Below are positions 46,072 to 58,909 of a stretch of DNA of 64,000 nt, piece after piece. The DNA is from Amphiscolops sp. MND2022. Its lineage: Eukaryota. The position numbers and the translations under genes are program-made. Location of the stretch: NCBI GenBank assembly GCA_964187785.1, contig OZ076409.1, positions 69,876,001 through 69,940,000 on the forward strand, written 5' to 3'. The notes under the pieces are model-generated. The model searched no databases and was not told where the DNA came from. It worked only from the letters and a program-made list of their open reading frames with translations. The number at the start of each line of letters is the position of its first letter. Position 1 is the stretch's first letter.

Positions 46072-46227
46072 AAACTTTTTCCGGTAGTTACATTGCTGAT
46101 TTGTTAACATTACATACTGGTTAAAATTTTCGATTTATTCCAAACTTTGATACGTTAAATCCAGTAAGTTACGTTTTTATTCCTGTTTACCCGTTTCTTT
46201 GATTTCGCAGAGCAAAATGGGGCCCGC

Positions 46228-46485
46228 TGTCACGAGCGACTCAATGGGTTTTCTGAATGAGTTTATAAATGGACTTTTCATTCCAATCAATTTCATGATG
46301 ACCTTCTCATTCCCGATTTATTCACTTTTTTGGTTCTACTTTGCCTTGACTGGTCAGACATTCCTTGCTCTCAATGAATTATGGACTTTATCATATAGAC
46401 TGAATGTAACAAACTATGATGAATGAACGTTGACATTACTGAATAAACGCAAGAGATTTGTAACTAAACCCACCTATTTCTAACT
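46228..46485 (+). repeat. BEL/Pao 3' LTR
   Basis: Direct repeat of 37334-37591; terminal CA altered to CT. Confidence 0.92.
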
Positions 46486-47661
46486 CATTCTAAGTGATAT
46501 GTATTGGTAGAGATTTTTGGACTTTTTTGGGACTGACGAAAATGACCCCATAATACCAAAATGACACCGATAAAACCAAAAACTCCAAAACTTCCCGATC
46601 TTCACTGTTTTTATGCATTTTTGTCAAAAATTCACATAGAGTAGAATGCTGAAAACAATCACCAAGGCAAGAATTCATTGTTTAGTGGTCGTTGATGAAG
46701 CGATAAATGCATTTTTAACCAAGAAAATCGCCAAAAATGACACCAAAATCACAAAAAGTCCAAAAATTCCCAATTTTCGTCGTTTTTTACAATTTGTGTC
46801 AAACTTTCGAAAGATTTCGTAAATTAGAATGCTGATAACAAGGCAAGAATTTGTTGTCCAATAGTCTTTCCCGACTGAAAATATCTTTCCCAAAAACAAG
46901 TTCTGTTTTCCTAATGAAAAAACTTCAAATTGGCAACGAAAGTATCAAATCGAAACCATTCAAATTTCTGTGGTTTTGATGCAAATTCTGAACAATTTCT
47001 GAGTGATTTCATGGCCTAGAAATACGAAACGTTCAAAATTAAAAAAAAACAAGTCATGTAGTAAGTACTCTTTTTGACAAGAACGTTGCAGCGGTTTGCT
47101 TCAAAAACACTTCAGAATGACACAAGTGTGTCGAACAATTTCAACATACTTTTTGAGACAAAAATTTACTTATGTGCAACTTAGGTGTGCTTTTTGAGTT
47201 ATTTCAGAGTAAGAGTGTTGGAAAACGTTCAACAATGACTGCACTGAAAATACAGCAAGCTTTTTACGACATATTTGCAGAGTTTGGTTGGAATTGACTC
47301 AAAATTAACAACAAAATGTCGAAAGTATCAATAATTTTTTCATTTCTGACATTTTCAGTGATTTTATACTTGCGATAAAAGAATTAGATGAGATAAAACC
47401 TCCAGATGGTACAACTGGATGCGCATTACGTATTTTAAAGAGATTGTTTCCTCAGACTGACCCAAAATAGGCTGAAAACACTGAACTTTTGAGCTTTTGA
47501 CATTTTAAAATTCTCTGCATAAAAAGGTTCGAAATCTCAGCAACGACTAGTTCGGGTATCCAGTTTTGAAAATAGAATTGCTTTTTTTACGAGAATTGGC
47601 CTCAGAAACACTCCAGAATAAAAAAGACAGAAATGTGCGTTTTTTGACACATTATTCCCAA

Positions 47662-48255
47662 TTTTTAGGAGTCGGAAAAATTTTTCGACTACATATTGAA
47701 TCGTGTCGTTTTTTTTCTCCTGACCTTTTCATGACAATTTCAAACTTCTCAAAAACTGTCCATACGATTTTCATAAAATTTTGCACAGTCATTCTACACC
47801 CAGAGGGCCCTACGTGCTCAAAGGCATCAAAACCGTATGACTGGAATGTGAGAGACTGTCAAAATTGGCCCAAAAAAAGCCCAAAAACAGTCATTTTTGT
47901 ACTCTTACCGATTTCTCAAAAACTGTCTGTACGATTCGAACGAAATTTTCTACAGTCATTCCACACCATATTATGGTCCTTCATGTGCAGTTTTATTCAA
48001 TTCGTAAGGCTGGGATGTGAGAAACATACACAAAAATATCCCAAAAATGGCCAAAAAAACAGTCGTTTTTCGACTTTTTTTGATTTTCTCAAAAACTGTC
48101 CATACGATTGGAACGAACTTTTCTAGAGTCATTTTCTACACCATAGTATGGTCTATGTGTGCAATTTCAACAAGTTCGTATAACTGGGATTGGAGCGAGT
48201 CAGAAGGAAAAATACCTAAGCCGACTACTTTACCACATATGCGGCTCTGGTTGTT
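47662..48255 (+). mobile_element. Helentron/DINE-1-like non-autonomous element with internal repeats
   Basis: 5' T run plus hairpin AGTCGGAAAAATTTTTCGACT; 3' CCGACT (48221), CCACATATGCGG hairpin and GGTTGTT end; internal repeated TTCTCAAAAACTGTC.ATACGATT. Confidence 0.6.
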
Positions 48256-49239
48256 CAGACCACGAAAGTTTTTGTAGAACAGAAAATCCCTGGACCTGCA
48301 CGTTGAACGAAGAGAGTATTCAAAACGCTATTTGTAACAGCAAGTGGGATAAAGGTTTTCAAATTTGACAACAAGGTGCCAAAATTTCGAAACTTTCCCA
48401 ATATTCGACACAACACTTTTGGACCCTTTCCGAACTTTGCTTCATTCAGAAAGCCCAGAAGGACAAGATTTAAACGTAGCCACCGGTAGCGTTTCGAAAC
48501 GATTTCGGACAAATTTATCACCATAACTTCCAAAAAACTTTGCTTGAAAATGTAAAATTATTATCGAACTTTTCTGTCAAAAATTTCATTTCAAAAAACT
48601 CCAAGCAAAATCACAGGGATCGAGCACGCCTTCCAAAAGTTATTGTTTTTGCAGTTTCCCGCGTAGGAACAAAACCTGAGAATGACGAAAAAATCGAAAA
48701 CATTTTACGTCTTTTCGCAGATTTTTCGTAAAATTTTCGAGCTACTTCGTGTGTTAGAATAGTCTAGACTTTCGACAACAATTCAACTCGGTTCCCGTTT
48801 CGCGTTTTAGAAGAGACATCTGTAAATTCATATTAGAAACGTCAGTGAGATTGACCCTGAAGTTTGTCGGAAAAATAGAAACTTTATCAATTTTTAGGCG
48901 TCGCCAAGAATTTTCGACATCTCATGCAATCGTGACGTTTTTTCCCGATCTTCCTACCGAACAAAGCATTTCCACACCATCGTGATAAGACGTAAAATTT
49001 TCGGAAAAAAAATCGACAGCAGGGATTTTTCCGGAAAAGCGACTTTCAATGGTAAATACCTTTTATCACAAAACGGTATTCGTAAAGTTCAATTTGAAAC
49101 GATACAAATGGTCGACACAGGCCACATTCCGATTCCCGCATTGTTAACGGGAAGAACTAATGCAATTCGCATTTAACGTCAAAAATGTGGACTATGAATT
49201 GAAGTGCGACTAATGCAGTGGCTATTTATAGGCTTTTAA

Positions 49240-49550
49240 TTTTAGGAGTCCGAAAAAAATTTCGACTACTTATGCAATCGTGGCGTTTTTTTTCTCCCGA
49301 CATTTCAATGAAAATTTCAAAGTTCTCAATAACTTTCCATACGATTTCCACAAAACTTTGTCAAACTTTGAGTCAATTTACACCCAGAGGTGCTCAAGCG
49401 CTCGCAATGGCATCAAAATCGTATGACTGGGATGTGAGAGAAATAGCCAAAATTACTCCAATATTGACCAAAAACAGCCATTTTCGAACTTTTTCAAATT
49501 TCTCTAAAACTCTCCACACGACTCGATCGAAATTTTCTAAAGTTTTCACA
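49240..49550 (+). mobile_element. Truncated relative of the 47662 element
   Basis: TTTTAGGAGTCCGAAAAAAATTTCGACTAC and the following ~300 bp align by eye to 47662-47960. Confidence 0.55.
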
Positions 49551-52500
49551 GAAACATAGAATAAATTAGTCATAAAACTACCAAATAACAAAGTAGCCCT
49601 GCGCCACAAACAAGAACTTCAAACACTACGATAAATTACCTAAAATCTTTAACAGACGGCCGTCCAAGATTCATGTTAGCCTAACTTTGAGGAAACACTT
49701 AAATTAAAAACACGGTAAAAACCTAATTGTTTTGTTGAACTATGTGGATAGCAGGACCTATTACGAATGCAAAACTTCGCAAAAAATGTCAAAAAAGTGG
49801 TAAATTCTGGTTTTTTCTAAAAGTTTGGGATCATTCAGAGGAACTTTCTTAACAAGAAACTACAGTTGTCTCTTCTATAAAGCCTACCGGATACCGAGCT
49901 CAGTCGTTGTTGAATGTTTACCCCAGTTCTAATCCACGGAACGGCTCGAAAAGCTTACAGAGTTTTGCATAAAAACGTGGAAAAAGTTTTGAATTTTGAA
50001 TCATTCTGAAGTTTCCTTCCGTTGCAGGAAACTGCAAAAATATTTTCCTTTGGAATGCCTACTGCATAGCTAATGATTTCGCTTGGAGCCTATTGAACGT
50101 TAAATATTCGAAAAGTATGGTCAAACAAATATACAATAGGTTAACTAAAACGTGAAAATGATGACATTTTCCGACTCTTTTGGGTCATTTTGAAGCAAAA
50201 CGCGGCAAAATTCTTACCACTAAGGCGTACTGCAACGTCAGTTCTCTCATTTTCGATACCTTTCGATTTTCTAACTTTTCGGAGATTCTACCTCTACAGA
50301 AAATGTAGGAAAAACCGAGAAAAACTGGAAAGTTTTGGATTTTTTGGCATTTTCTGGATTAATTTGTGATGTTTTCTTTTACGACAGACTACTGGACAAC
50401 GAATTCGTCCCTTGTTGAACGCTTTCAACATTCTAATCCATGAAGTCGATCGAAAATTCGACACAAATTGCATTAAAGCTTTGATAGCTGATTTTTTTAG
50501 AATTTTTCTTTTTGGGTCTCAATTTGAGGCATTTTTTGAAAATCTCCCGTTATCGATTCACAAAAGACAACTAGACAACGAATTTTTTTCTCCTGAACGT
50601 TTTTAACATTGCAATCCACGCAGCCATTTAAAAATTTGACAAGTTTCATAAAACTTCAAAAATCTGAAAGTTTTGGACTTGTTCTCGAGTCATTCCGGAG
50701 TAATTTTGGTCAGGCCCAAAAAAGTCCAAAAATCTGTACAAATACATACCGCACGAAGCAAAAATGATGAGTTGATTTTAATGGGCGACACTTCAATTTG
50801 AATGAAAAAACGCAACACAGATGATGATTTTCCTCCCCATTGAAAATTTGGGTCGGAAAATAATAAATTTGGAACATGGCAATTTTTGTATAAGATGGCT
50901 GCCATGGAATATGGGCGGAAAATAATAAAATATTCGGACCGTAGTTAACAAGAAGCTCACGCTGAAAAGTGTGAATCTATTTGCTTTTCAAAATTGATTC
51001 GGCAAGTAGTCAATTGTTCAGCCAGCAAAAATTGCAGTCAAGTCTGAAACGCTGAGATGTTTTTCAACTGAGTTTTCATGTTCCAAAAGTTCATTTGAAT
51101 ACTCATAATTTGGGAACATGTAGGAGCAAAAGGAATGCAATGAGTTCCATTTCATTTTTTTCAAGAAAATTACTGATTTTGTTTAAAATGGATCTTTCTT
51201 TACTAGAAGTATCAAGCGATACGACTTGGGCTGTTCACTGCTTGTTACTCATAATTATCTGGACACTTGAAAGAGACTTGAACCTAAAGATCACAGTTCG
51301 AAGAGCAATAGTCAAAAAAGTTGTACGTTTTTAGGGAAGATGGAATATTCAGGTGGTTGGTTCCGTATTTTTATACAAATGAAACAGACTAATTGATTGA
51401 TTTTTTTCAAAACACCGAACACAACCTAAGGATGTATCTGATTCAATGTCGTACCGACAGAGCTGCCAAAATGTGCCCACACGAATTCGAAAAGGCGATG
51501 AAACTTGAGACAACTGTGAATGGTGGCTTCAGCGCTGAGATTGGAATTAAGGCCACCTGAGTGCTGTTCAGAGGAGTTCGGATTGAAACATTTGACGTAG
51601 CCGTTCCACAAAGTCGTTAGTACGTCACCTTGACGCAGATTTAATTAGCTTATAATTAAAATTATAGCTCGCATGAAAAAGCAGTAACATGGCGTTTGCA
51701 GCTTGGACATTTGCTACTAGATTTTTGGTTTAGTAGGGTCTAGGTTTTTGTACTTATTGAGAACACTGTAGGTAGTGATTGATCATTGATTTTCAGATTT
51801 TTCGATCCTAGATAAATCCATTCTGTGATTTAAAAAGTTTCTTTCTCAACCGGAATTCAAGATTCAGTGGGCCTTAATTAAGCCATATTTCTTGTTTATT
51901 TGACAGTTGCAAGCGATATATTTCGTATATGCATTGCAAAGATGAACAGAAGATGGCTTCACTATCAGAGATTGGAAGATCCGGTGATTGAGATGTGTTG
52001 GACCAAATCACATGGGACGCAGAGTCGTCTGCAAACTACCAACGGTGTGAGGCTTCCAAACCAGAGTTGACCTTAGAACAAGAAAGGTAGTCCTGCGAAA
52101 AAGAACACTTTGAAATAAGTGATCTTTGAACTCTTACCCAAATGTTTCATCACCTTTTCAAACCAAGTTGACAAAGCAGTAATTGAATAGACCCTTTGTG
52201 ATCAGAAAAAATTGTTTTCGTCTTAAGGCTTTGGAGCGGTAGATGTTCGATTACACTTGAAAGCTTTGTGGGTTGTCGGTCTCATTTTTTTTCAAACAAA
52301 TTCTCCTGAAATATCATCAGACGATTTAAATCCGTAGTTCTGAGTTTTTGTCTACAGAAAAGAACATTCCTTTCAACTCAAATAAAAAACAATAAAGTAA
52401 GTAATACTTAAATTGCACAGCAACTAAAAACAAGAACCAGTAATGGTACTATTAATAATAAGACCAAATTTCACAGTAGTAATGTAGTTGCAGTAACAAT

Positions 52501-55500
52501 TTAGTTGAGGTTTAGATATTACTAGTTATGATATTAATTACAAAACTATTTTGGCAATTTGACGTTGTGACTAGGCTGGAAATATCAACTGAGATAAGAA
52601 AAACAACAGTACAAATGATATTAACATGGAAAAGTTTGAGGCAATTTGAGGAGCGGGAAGTAAGGAAGAAAAATAGACAATGACGACGACTCTTTGTTTG
52701 CAAATCATCCATAACGTAAAAATATTACACTTTTCCAACAGTACTACAGATGAAATTCTGAAACCCATTTCCAAGCAAACTTTATCTTCCTCGCACCTAT
52801 TTCTTCCAGTGTAGATAAACCAAATGAAGGAGCTTTTTCCTTGGCCGTTAGTATAATTCATTAGGCATTAAATTAGGTTTCATTACTTGAGTTGGGAGGA
52901 AAAAAGACCCCAAAAAATCCAAAGAATTTTTTCAGAACATGTTTCCACCAAAGATGCATTCCAGTTATGTCTAATCCCAGAACTAGGTTGAAATTGAAAA
53001 GCATTGAGCCGTATCTAAAACTGAGGTGATATTTGTCAGTTAATCTTAACAGGAAACTAGCAAAACCCTGGTTTTTCATTTCACTAAAATAATGATTAAG
53101 AAACGCTAATTCATCTCAGAAATCTAATCAAATCCTGAAAAACAAGCTCGCAGGAAATAGCAGATGATGTCAGGACATGCTAGAGGAAATGGGTTTTTAG
53201 TCTAATGATAGCGTACAAAATGTATTTCATAGTAGAAAGGCTTTTTGCAATTAATTTTATTTATACTAAATCGCATTTACTGGACATGTGAGAATAGCTG
53301 CCGCTGTTGTAGCAAACATGTATTTGCATGAAAAGTTGAAGTATTAGAAATCTGTCTTTGTTTCTAGTCTTCAGCTCGAGCGAGAATGAGAGTAAGAAAT
53401 AATAAGACAGTTATTACAAAATGTGTAGGCGCGGAGGAAGCAAGAGAAGCGCATTTGTCTTTTCTTATTGAAATGCGGAGGAGAAAACCGCCGCCGCTTA
53501 ACAAAAAGTTGAGCAAAGAAAAAGGAAAATCTTTCCCTCTCAAATCAAACACGGATGGACGGGTGGCCTTAATACGTCGCTATTCACCTAGTAATATTTT
53601 TTATATAACAATTATCGTTGCATAGCAAGTCCTGCAAGGGATACTCGCCTGCTGACGGGTGGCTCAGCAACGCGGCTCTTGAGGCGTTGGGAAAGGGATA
53701 AAGGGGGGAGGTGGTTTATTTGACAGCATTTGCAGCAGCTGCATTTGAATTGTTTTCAAGAGTATCAACTAGTTATTCAGCGCTTGTTTGCGCTTCAATA
53801 ATTGATGAGAAAGCTGATAACAACATACACAGCTACAAAGAGAAAAGGCTCAACCTCGCATGAACTGCATTTGCCACCCGCCCGCCTGTGCAACACGTAG
53901 AAATAATAAAGAAACAATGATGAGCCCTTTTGTCAACGACTAGTAGACAAAAAATCGAGTAGTCGACTACTGTGTTTTTATTTCACCTCGCGTCAGATCA
54001 ACCGCAACTTCAGCACTGGCTATGTTCGGCTTTTCATCCAACATGGTCTTACTGCGCATCCACTAAAAATCCAAACACATCGGCATTTTTGGATGAAAAC
54101 GAGAAATTTCAATTTCACAGTGACGCTATTTCAAATTACAGCTGAATGCAACCGGAACCTGTCCAAATTTTGGAGTGAACGTCAATCTCAATCCAATTAT
54201 AGACAAATCAGTCATCACATGAAATACGAGATGAATCGAGAGAAACGGCGACTGAATCTCGCTTAAGACAGACAGTAAGTCACCGCAGCATCAAAAAACT
54301 TCATTTCCTGGAGTAATGATATTAGAGCGGTTTGAAAATAATTGATCTTCGCCTAAACTGAACGCTGTTTTCAACATTTTGTTAAATGACTGCGTCAACT
54401 AAATACGAGTTTAAAGTAAAGAATGATTCATATGGTTTCTCTAAGACGATGCACACGCACGTTTGCCGTCGTACTAAAAATGCTTCATCGCAAATTATCA
54501 AAACCACAAAAATTGCAATCTAAACCGCAAATGTTTCATGTTTCCATAAGAGCATTTATAAAGGCGTAAAATGCGGCATAGTTTTAAATTGTAAAAGCAA
54601 TGTGATTAATTTGCGAAGGGCCTGTTTTGATAAATTGTGGACCAAGCGGCTCCATAGTAGTCCCAGATTTGAACTTTTACTCAATTGTTGACAAGTGATA
54701 TTAATTGTTGTGTAAACTCGAAACCACCTGTTTTCGGTTGGTTATTAGTGATTAGAACTTTCATGTGTTCGCTCACAGATCAGATAAATAAGCAGCCCCC
54801 AGCAGTTTAGTGCGTTAACCTCGGAAACCGATCCCGCAAATTTGCCGCAGGTAGCGCTAAGAATTAGCCAGGGAACTATGTTTACAAGTTGTAATCCCCC
54901 GCACCCACATATTCTGACAGCGATTGGGAAGCTATAAACACAAAATTTCATAGCGATCAATTTGTGATAAAGTGTGATAAACATCTAACTCGAAGCTTGT
55001 ATGTTTGTGTTTGATAATAACTCGTAACAATTCTACTTTACAAAAAGTAATTTCCAAAAGAAAATAAGACAATTTTTTCAAGTGATGGCAAAGGTTTCTC
55101 TAGAACAATATCTAAAATACCCTTCTCGAAGGAAGTAAGCACATATAATTTTCTATATTAGGTCATCTAAAGCACACTAAAGACACATCCAGGGTCTCCG
55201 CAAGATCAATTGCTCACATGAACAACTGTTATAAATATTTTCACCTTATGTATTTTTTTTGTGTGAGATAAATAAATTTCAAATTTAGAGCGACTTTTAT
55301 AATTATTCCTTCCAATTATATCCCATCGAAGATTTGCATGGCATGATTTGCAACATAAAAGAATAGACTAATACTTCAAAATCTATCATTTTCGCCATGA
55401 CTAAAATGCTTTTGGCATGCAAAATGAAGATGGAATAGTAATTTACGAAGGCATAAAATCAATTCTCATCCTAATAATCCTAATAAGGTGATCAGTGCAG

Positions 55501-55522
55501 CGGAGACCAAATGTATGATGGC

Positions 55523-58500
55523 TCACGTGTGCGATGAGGAAGTACTAGGAGCGGACTGGGCGGGGACGGCTGCCGAACTGGAACTAGTGGAAATAGCAAC
55601 CGTGGCTGCACTGGAAAAGGTCTCCCTGATAAGCAACATGAGTTTCTTCTTGCCAGGATAACAGGTCATGAGATTGACAATCAAGTGATTGAATCTCTGC
55701 CTCCCGTTCTCTGCGAGCTGAAACGTGTCCCTAGCTTTATGAAGCAACGCCAAGAAGTCAGTGTAATGTCTTGGGCTGATGTGCTGCAGACGGGCTCGGA
55801 TTCCAGTAACATACGCAGTCAAGGTGGCTTCCAGAAGTTCGCTAAGGGGTGGTTGGTTGATGTTGAGATAGCGGCTCATGTAGCCACCGTTGGGCGATTT
55901 GGATCTCTTGTTGTCCATCACATGCGAAGCGGACATCGTGCACCTGCGCAAAATGTCGGAAAGGACATTTGCGCACTGCACACTGTTGATGACTTGTCGC
56001 AACGTAGACGCTATTTCCATTTTGCCCAGCTGGAAGCTAATGGCAACTGCCCAATGAACATCGCTAACTGAGGGATGGGTCTCCTGACTGGATCCTATTT
56101 TGAGACGCTTCAAGGCCACTATAGATAGCTTATATGCCCGATATCGGTGCATTCCTTGCTCCATAAATCTGGCAATAGTGAAGAGTTGACTGGAAGACAA
56201 AGCGTTCGGTGGCGCTTCCATAACTATCTGATAGGCAGTTTCGAAGGCGGGTCTGTCGTTTTCACAAAATTTCAAAGCATAAATAGCACAATTAGCCGGG
56301 TCCTTTTTCGTACATTGAAGCACCAATGTTCTCGTACAATTTTTCAGTTCTTGAATTTGCGTGAAGTTCAGTTGCAGCCTCATTGGGGTGTCACGACTCA
56401 TCACAGTTGAGGCGAAACTGTTGGTTGCTTCTTTGGCAGTTAGGAAGTTAGACCAAGACTGCATCATAGAAATGAGCGCCCCAGCTCCAACGTCCATGGC
56501 GCAATTTATTTGCCATGAGACCATCTCGTTTCTTCTCCACGTAGAAGCCCGCAGAGTGATTCGCAGTAGCTGCAACCCCAACTCGAAGGCAACATTCAAC
56601 AGAGTTTTCTTACTACTTGAATCTACTGAACCGCCTGTGGCTTTCTTGTGAATATCTTGGGCAAGAGAGAAAAGGTGAGATGCGCTTTTGAGATGACATT
56701 GCACAGCATCCAGCACCTTTTTGATGAAAGGCATATTGTCGTTGGCACCAATGAACATAGAAAGAGCTAGCTCAACTTGGCGGGACTGAAAGTTGCCCAA
56801 GGTATACCAACGGGTGTTCTCTGCATTGAACATCAGACTTTCAGTATCATCGGTAGTTTGGTTGTTATCAGTTACTGGCAATCTCAACCCAAGCACCCCA
56901 ATCTCATAGGCAAGTTCTCTTTCGACGTGCACCAACATCTCGAACAGATACTTGCATAGAATCTGCATGGGCACACTTTCAGCATGAACTTGTTGTGACA
57001 ACCCATTATTGAATCCTTTCATAAGTGCCTTTGCAACAGTAACCAAAGTTCTCACAATTCTACTGTCCATGCTAACAGCAGACAGCTTCAATATGATTGC
57101 TTCTTCGGCTCGACAAAGACGTTCTTGGGCATAGAGCCCTGCAGGTAGCAACCGATGTTGACTAAGTCCCAACATGGCAACCTCGAACGCCAGACAAAGA
57201 TAGGAATCCTCATCTGCCGCTGATCGAGGACTGAGTCCATCGGGAATGGGTATATGGATGTACTTTCCTGCCGATGTGTTGGAATTGTCCTCTGAAACCT
57301 CTAGTAACAGGTCTACCAAGGCGATAATGGGCTCAGACGGGTTTCCGATCCAAGATTCAGCACGTTCTATCAATGGGTCGTCACTTCGGCGATTTTTATT
57401 AACCTTTTTTCTCAGTCGTCGTCTCAAACTTCTGATGACAGCTAGAGCTAATATTAAGGATTCGTTTTCGAAGCCGTTACATCTGAGAGTATCGACTCGG
57501 CAAGTGGCCACTGCTAAATCTTCATCCCAGTACTTTATTTCAGGCGATCTACCGATTGCACTATCATCTGGAGCTGATGACATTTTCAACAAGTTTTTCA
57601 ACTGGTTGTCGTCCCATGTCAAATTATACACATCTAAAGCCCTACTGAAGACAGTTCGTTTTTCATCAAGACTGCAGTCGTGATTTGGCAGATCGGGGTT
57701 TTCTAGAGGACATTCAGGTTTAGCATGCCATGCCTGCAGACTATTGAGCCAGGAAAGTTTAGTTTGCTCGGAGCACAAAGGATTAAAGACTACAACTAGC
57801 CACATGTAACCCAAAGTATCCCATAAAATTCGTGTTTTTTCAGTCATCACACTACCTTGCGAGTGCCAGATTTTAAGCTTCGGATCCGATGCGAATTCCT
57901 GTGTTATAAGTTTCAGCATCCGTGGTCCATTGGAATCTCTAGCTTTCAGCATTTCTTTGATTTTTGAAAACATGCATTTCAGTTGTTTAGCCGAATTGCA
58001 ATAACCACCTTGCGATAAGTAGAACCGAACTTGCTCTTGTACCTGGCATTCGTCGATAAAATAACAGTTTTCGGCATCTTTGCTGGCTCCAGCAGTCGGA
58101 TCTGGAAATCCATTCAATGTGCTGATACTTGAGTTTGGGCTGAGAAGAGAGTCAACAATTTGTTGACACGTTGGCAATATGTCGCGATGATGAGAAGCGA
58201 TAGTGTACATGCACAATTTATGCAATTGATGCTTGCTGAGTTGTGCGAGGGATTCCGATATTGGAAGACGATATTTAACTTCGTTAGGACACCTTATTCT
58301 AAATAAAGCTAAAGCTACAACATGGGTGCACCAGAAAATATCCTTGTTCTCGCAAGTACAAGACACGGAAGTGATTTTGCACCTATCGAACTTTATTGAC
58401 ACTTTGAACTGTTTTTCGTCGTTTAGGAAGTCAAAGTCGGAAGAACTCGGTTTAGCATTGGGCACTTGAATGACGCCGCTGAGATGAAAACCCACTTGCA

Positions 58501-58909
58501 AAGCTTCTCTAACGTTGCCCTCGCTGAGGAGCCTGATTGCTCGGTTGAATTGCTGTTTGGGTCCTGAGACTGTCTCCATTGCACCAGAAAAAGCACACGT
58601 GTATTTCATCGAATCTGTAGCACCAACTGAGGAGATAGACGAGTACATTCGAATTTCCTCTTCATTTCTGGGAAACGACCAATAAATAATCCGTAGTTGT
58701 ACCGCTTCTGGAACCGGTGAAAACCGATCTTCGACTGTTTGAAACGGAATTGAAACGGCTACGACTTCAGCACAAATATCGAGCAAAGAACGGCAAGTAA
58801 ACTGAGAAACACAGCAGCGTTTAGCGTCTGGTTGTTTAAGGGGGCTTGACTTCAACTTTCTCTTTACACGACGACTTTGAGGGTTTGATCCATCCATCCG
58901 CAAGGACAT
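55523..58909 (-). CDS. Zinc finger SWIM domain protein of the ZSWIM4/5/6 family (1,128 aa), single coding exon
   Basis: Intact ATG..TGA ORF; BC-box/cullin-box-like SLLDICAEVVA..PEAVQLRIIYWSFPRNE; LQVGFHLSG; SWIM finger SCTC..IFWCTHVVAL; LNGFPDPTAGA; LFTIARFME; RLQHISPRHY. Confidence 0.93.
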   Translation of the reverse strand: MSLRMDGSNPQSRRVKRKLKSSPLKQPDAKRCCVSQFTCRSLLDICAEVVAVSIPFQTVEDRFSPVPEAVQLRIIYWSFPRNEEEIRMYSSISSVGATDSMKYTCAFSGAMETVSGPKQQFNRAIRLLSEGNVREALQVGFHLSGVIQVPNAKPSSSDFDFLNDEKQFKVSIKFDRCKITSVSCTCENKDIFWCTHVVALALFRIRCPNEVKYRLPISESLAQLSKHQLHKLCMYTIASHHRDILPTCQQIVDSLLSPNSSISTLNGFPDPTAGASKDAENCYFIDECQVQEQVRFYLSQGGYCNSAKQLKCMFSKIKEMLKARDSNGPRMLKLITQEFASDPKLKIWHSQGSVMTEKTRILWDTLGYMWLVVVFNPLCSEQTKLSWLNSLQAWHAKPECPLENPDLPNHDCSLDEKRTVFSRALDVYNLTWDDNQLKNLLKMSSAPDDSAIGRSPEIKYWDEDLAVATCRVDTLRCNGFENESLILALAVIRSLRRRLRKKVNKNRRSDDPLIERAESWIGNPSEPIIALVDLLLEVSEDNSNTSAGKYIHIPIPDGLSPRSAADEDSYLCLAFEVAMLGLSQHRLLPAGLYAQERLCRAEEAIILKLSAVSMDSRIVRTLVTVAKALMKGFNNGLSQQVHAESVPMQILCKYLFEMLVHVERELAYEIGVLGLRLPVTDNNQTTDDTESLMFNAENTRWYTLGNFQSRQVELALSMFIGANDNMPFIKKVLDAVQCHLKSASHLFSLAQDIHKKATGGSVDSSSKKTLLNVAFELGLQLLRITLRASTWRRNEMVSWQINCAMDVGAGALISMMQSWSNFLTAKEATNSFASTVMSRDTPMRLQLNFTQIQELKNCTRTLVLQCTKKDPANCAIYALKFCENDRPAFETAYQIVMEAPPNALSSSQLFTIARFMEQGMHRYRAYKLSIVALKRLKIGSSQETHPSVSDVHWAVAISFQLGKMEIASTLRQVINSVQCANVLSDILRRCTMSASHVMDNKRSKSPNGGYMSRYLNINQPPLSELLEATLTAYVTGIRARLQHISPRHYTDFLALLHKARDTFQLAENGRQRFNHLIVNLMTCYPGKKKLMLLIRETFSSAATVAISTSSSSAAVPAQSAPSTSSSHT

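Larger units (their letters stand above)
37334..46485 (+). mobile_element. Full-length BEL/Pao LTR retrotransposon (decayed) with internal duplication and extra SGNH ORF
   Basis: ~258-bp LTRs at 37334-37591 and 46228-46485; tRNA-Lys PBS; Pao-type gag-pol; purine-rich AGAGCAAAATGGGG before the 3' LTR. Confidence 0.93.

Noticed and set aside
51689..52087. Possible small spliced gene (ATGGCGTTT.., acceptor at 51905)
   Set aside because: Candidate frames contain stops and no recognisable homology. A TGA-recoding idea was dropped because ZSWIM ends normally at TGA and no SECIS was seen.
53400..54300. More GC-rich non-coding stretch with a 14-bp palindrome AGTAGTCGACTACT
   Set aside because: Could be regulatory, but nothing specific can be supported from sequence alone.
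55685..58469. Plus-strand ORFs opposite ZSWIM
   Set aside because: Antisense shadows of the long ZSWIM CDS.
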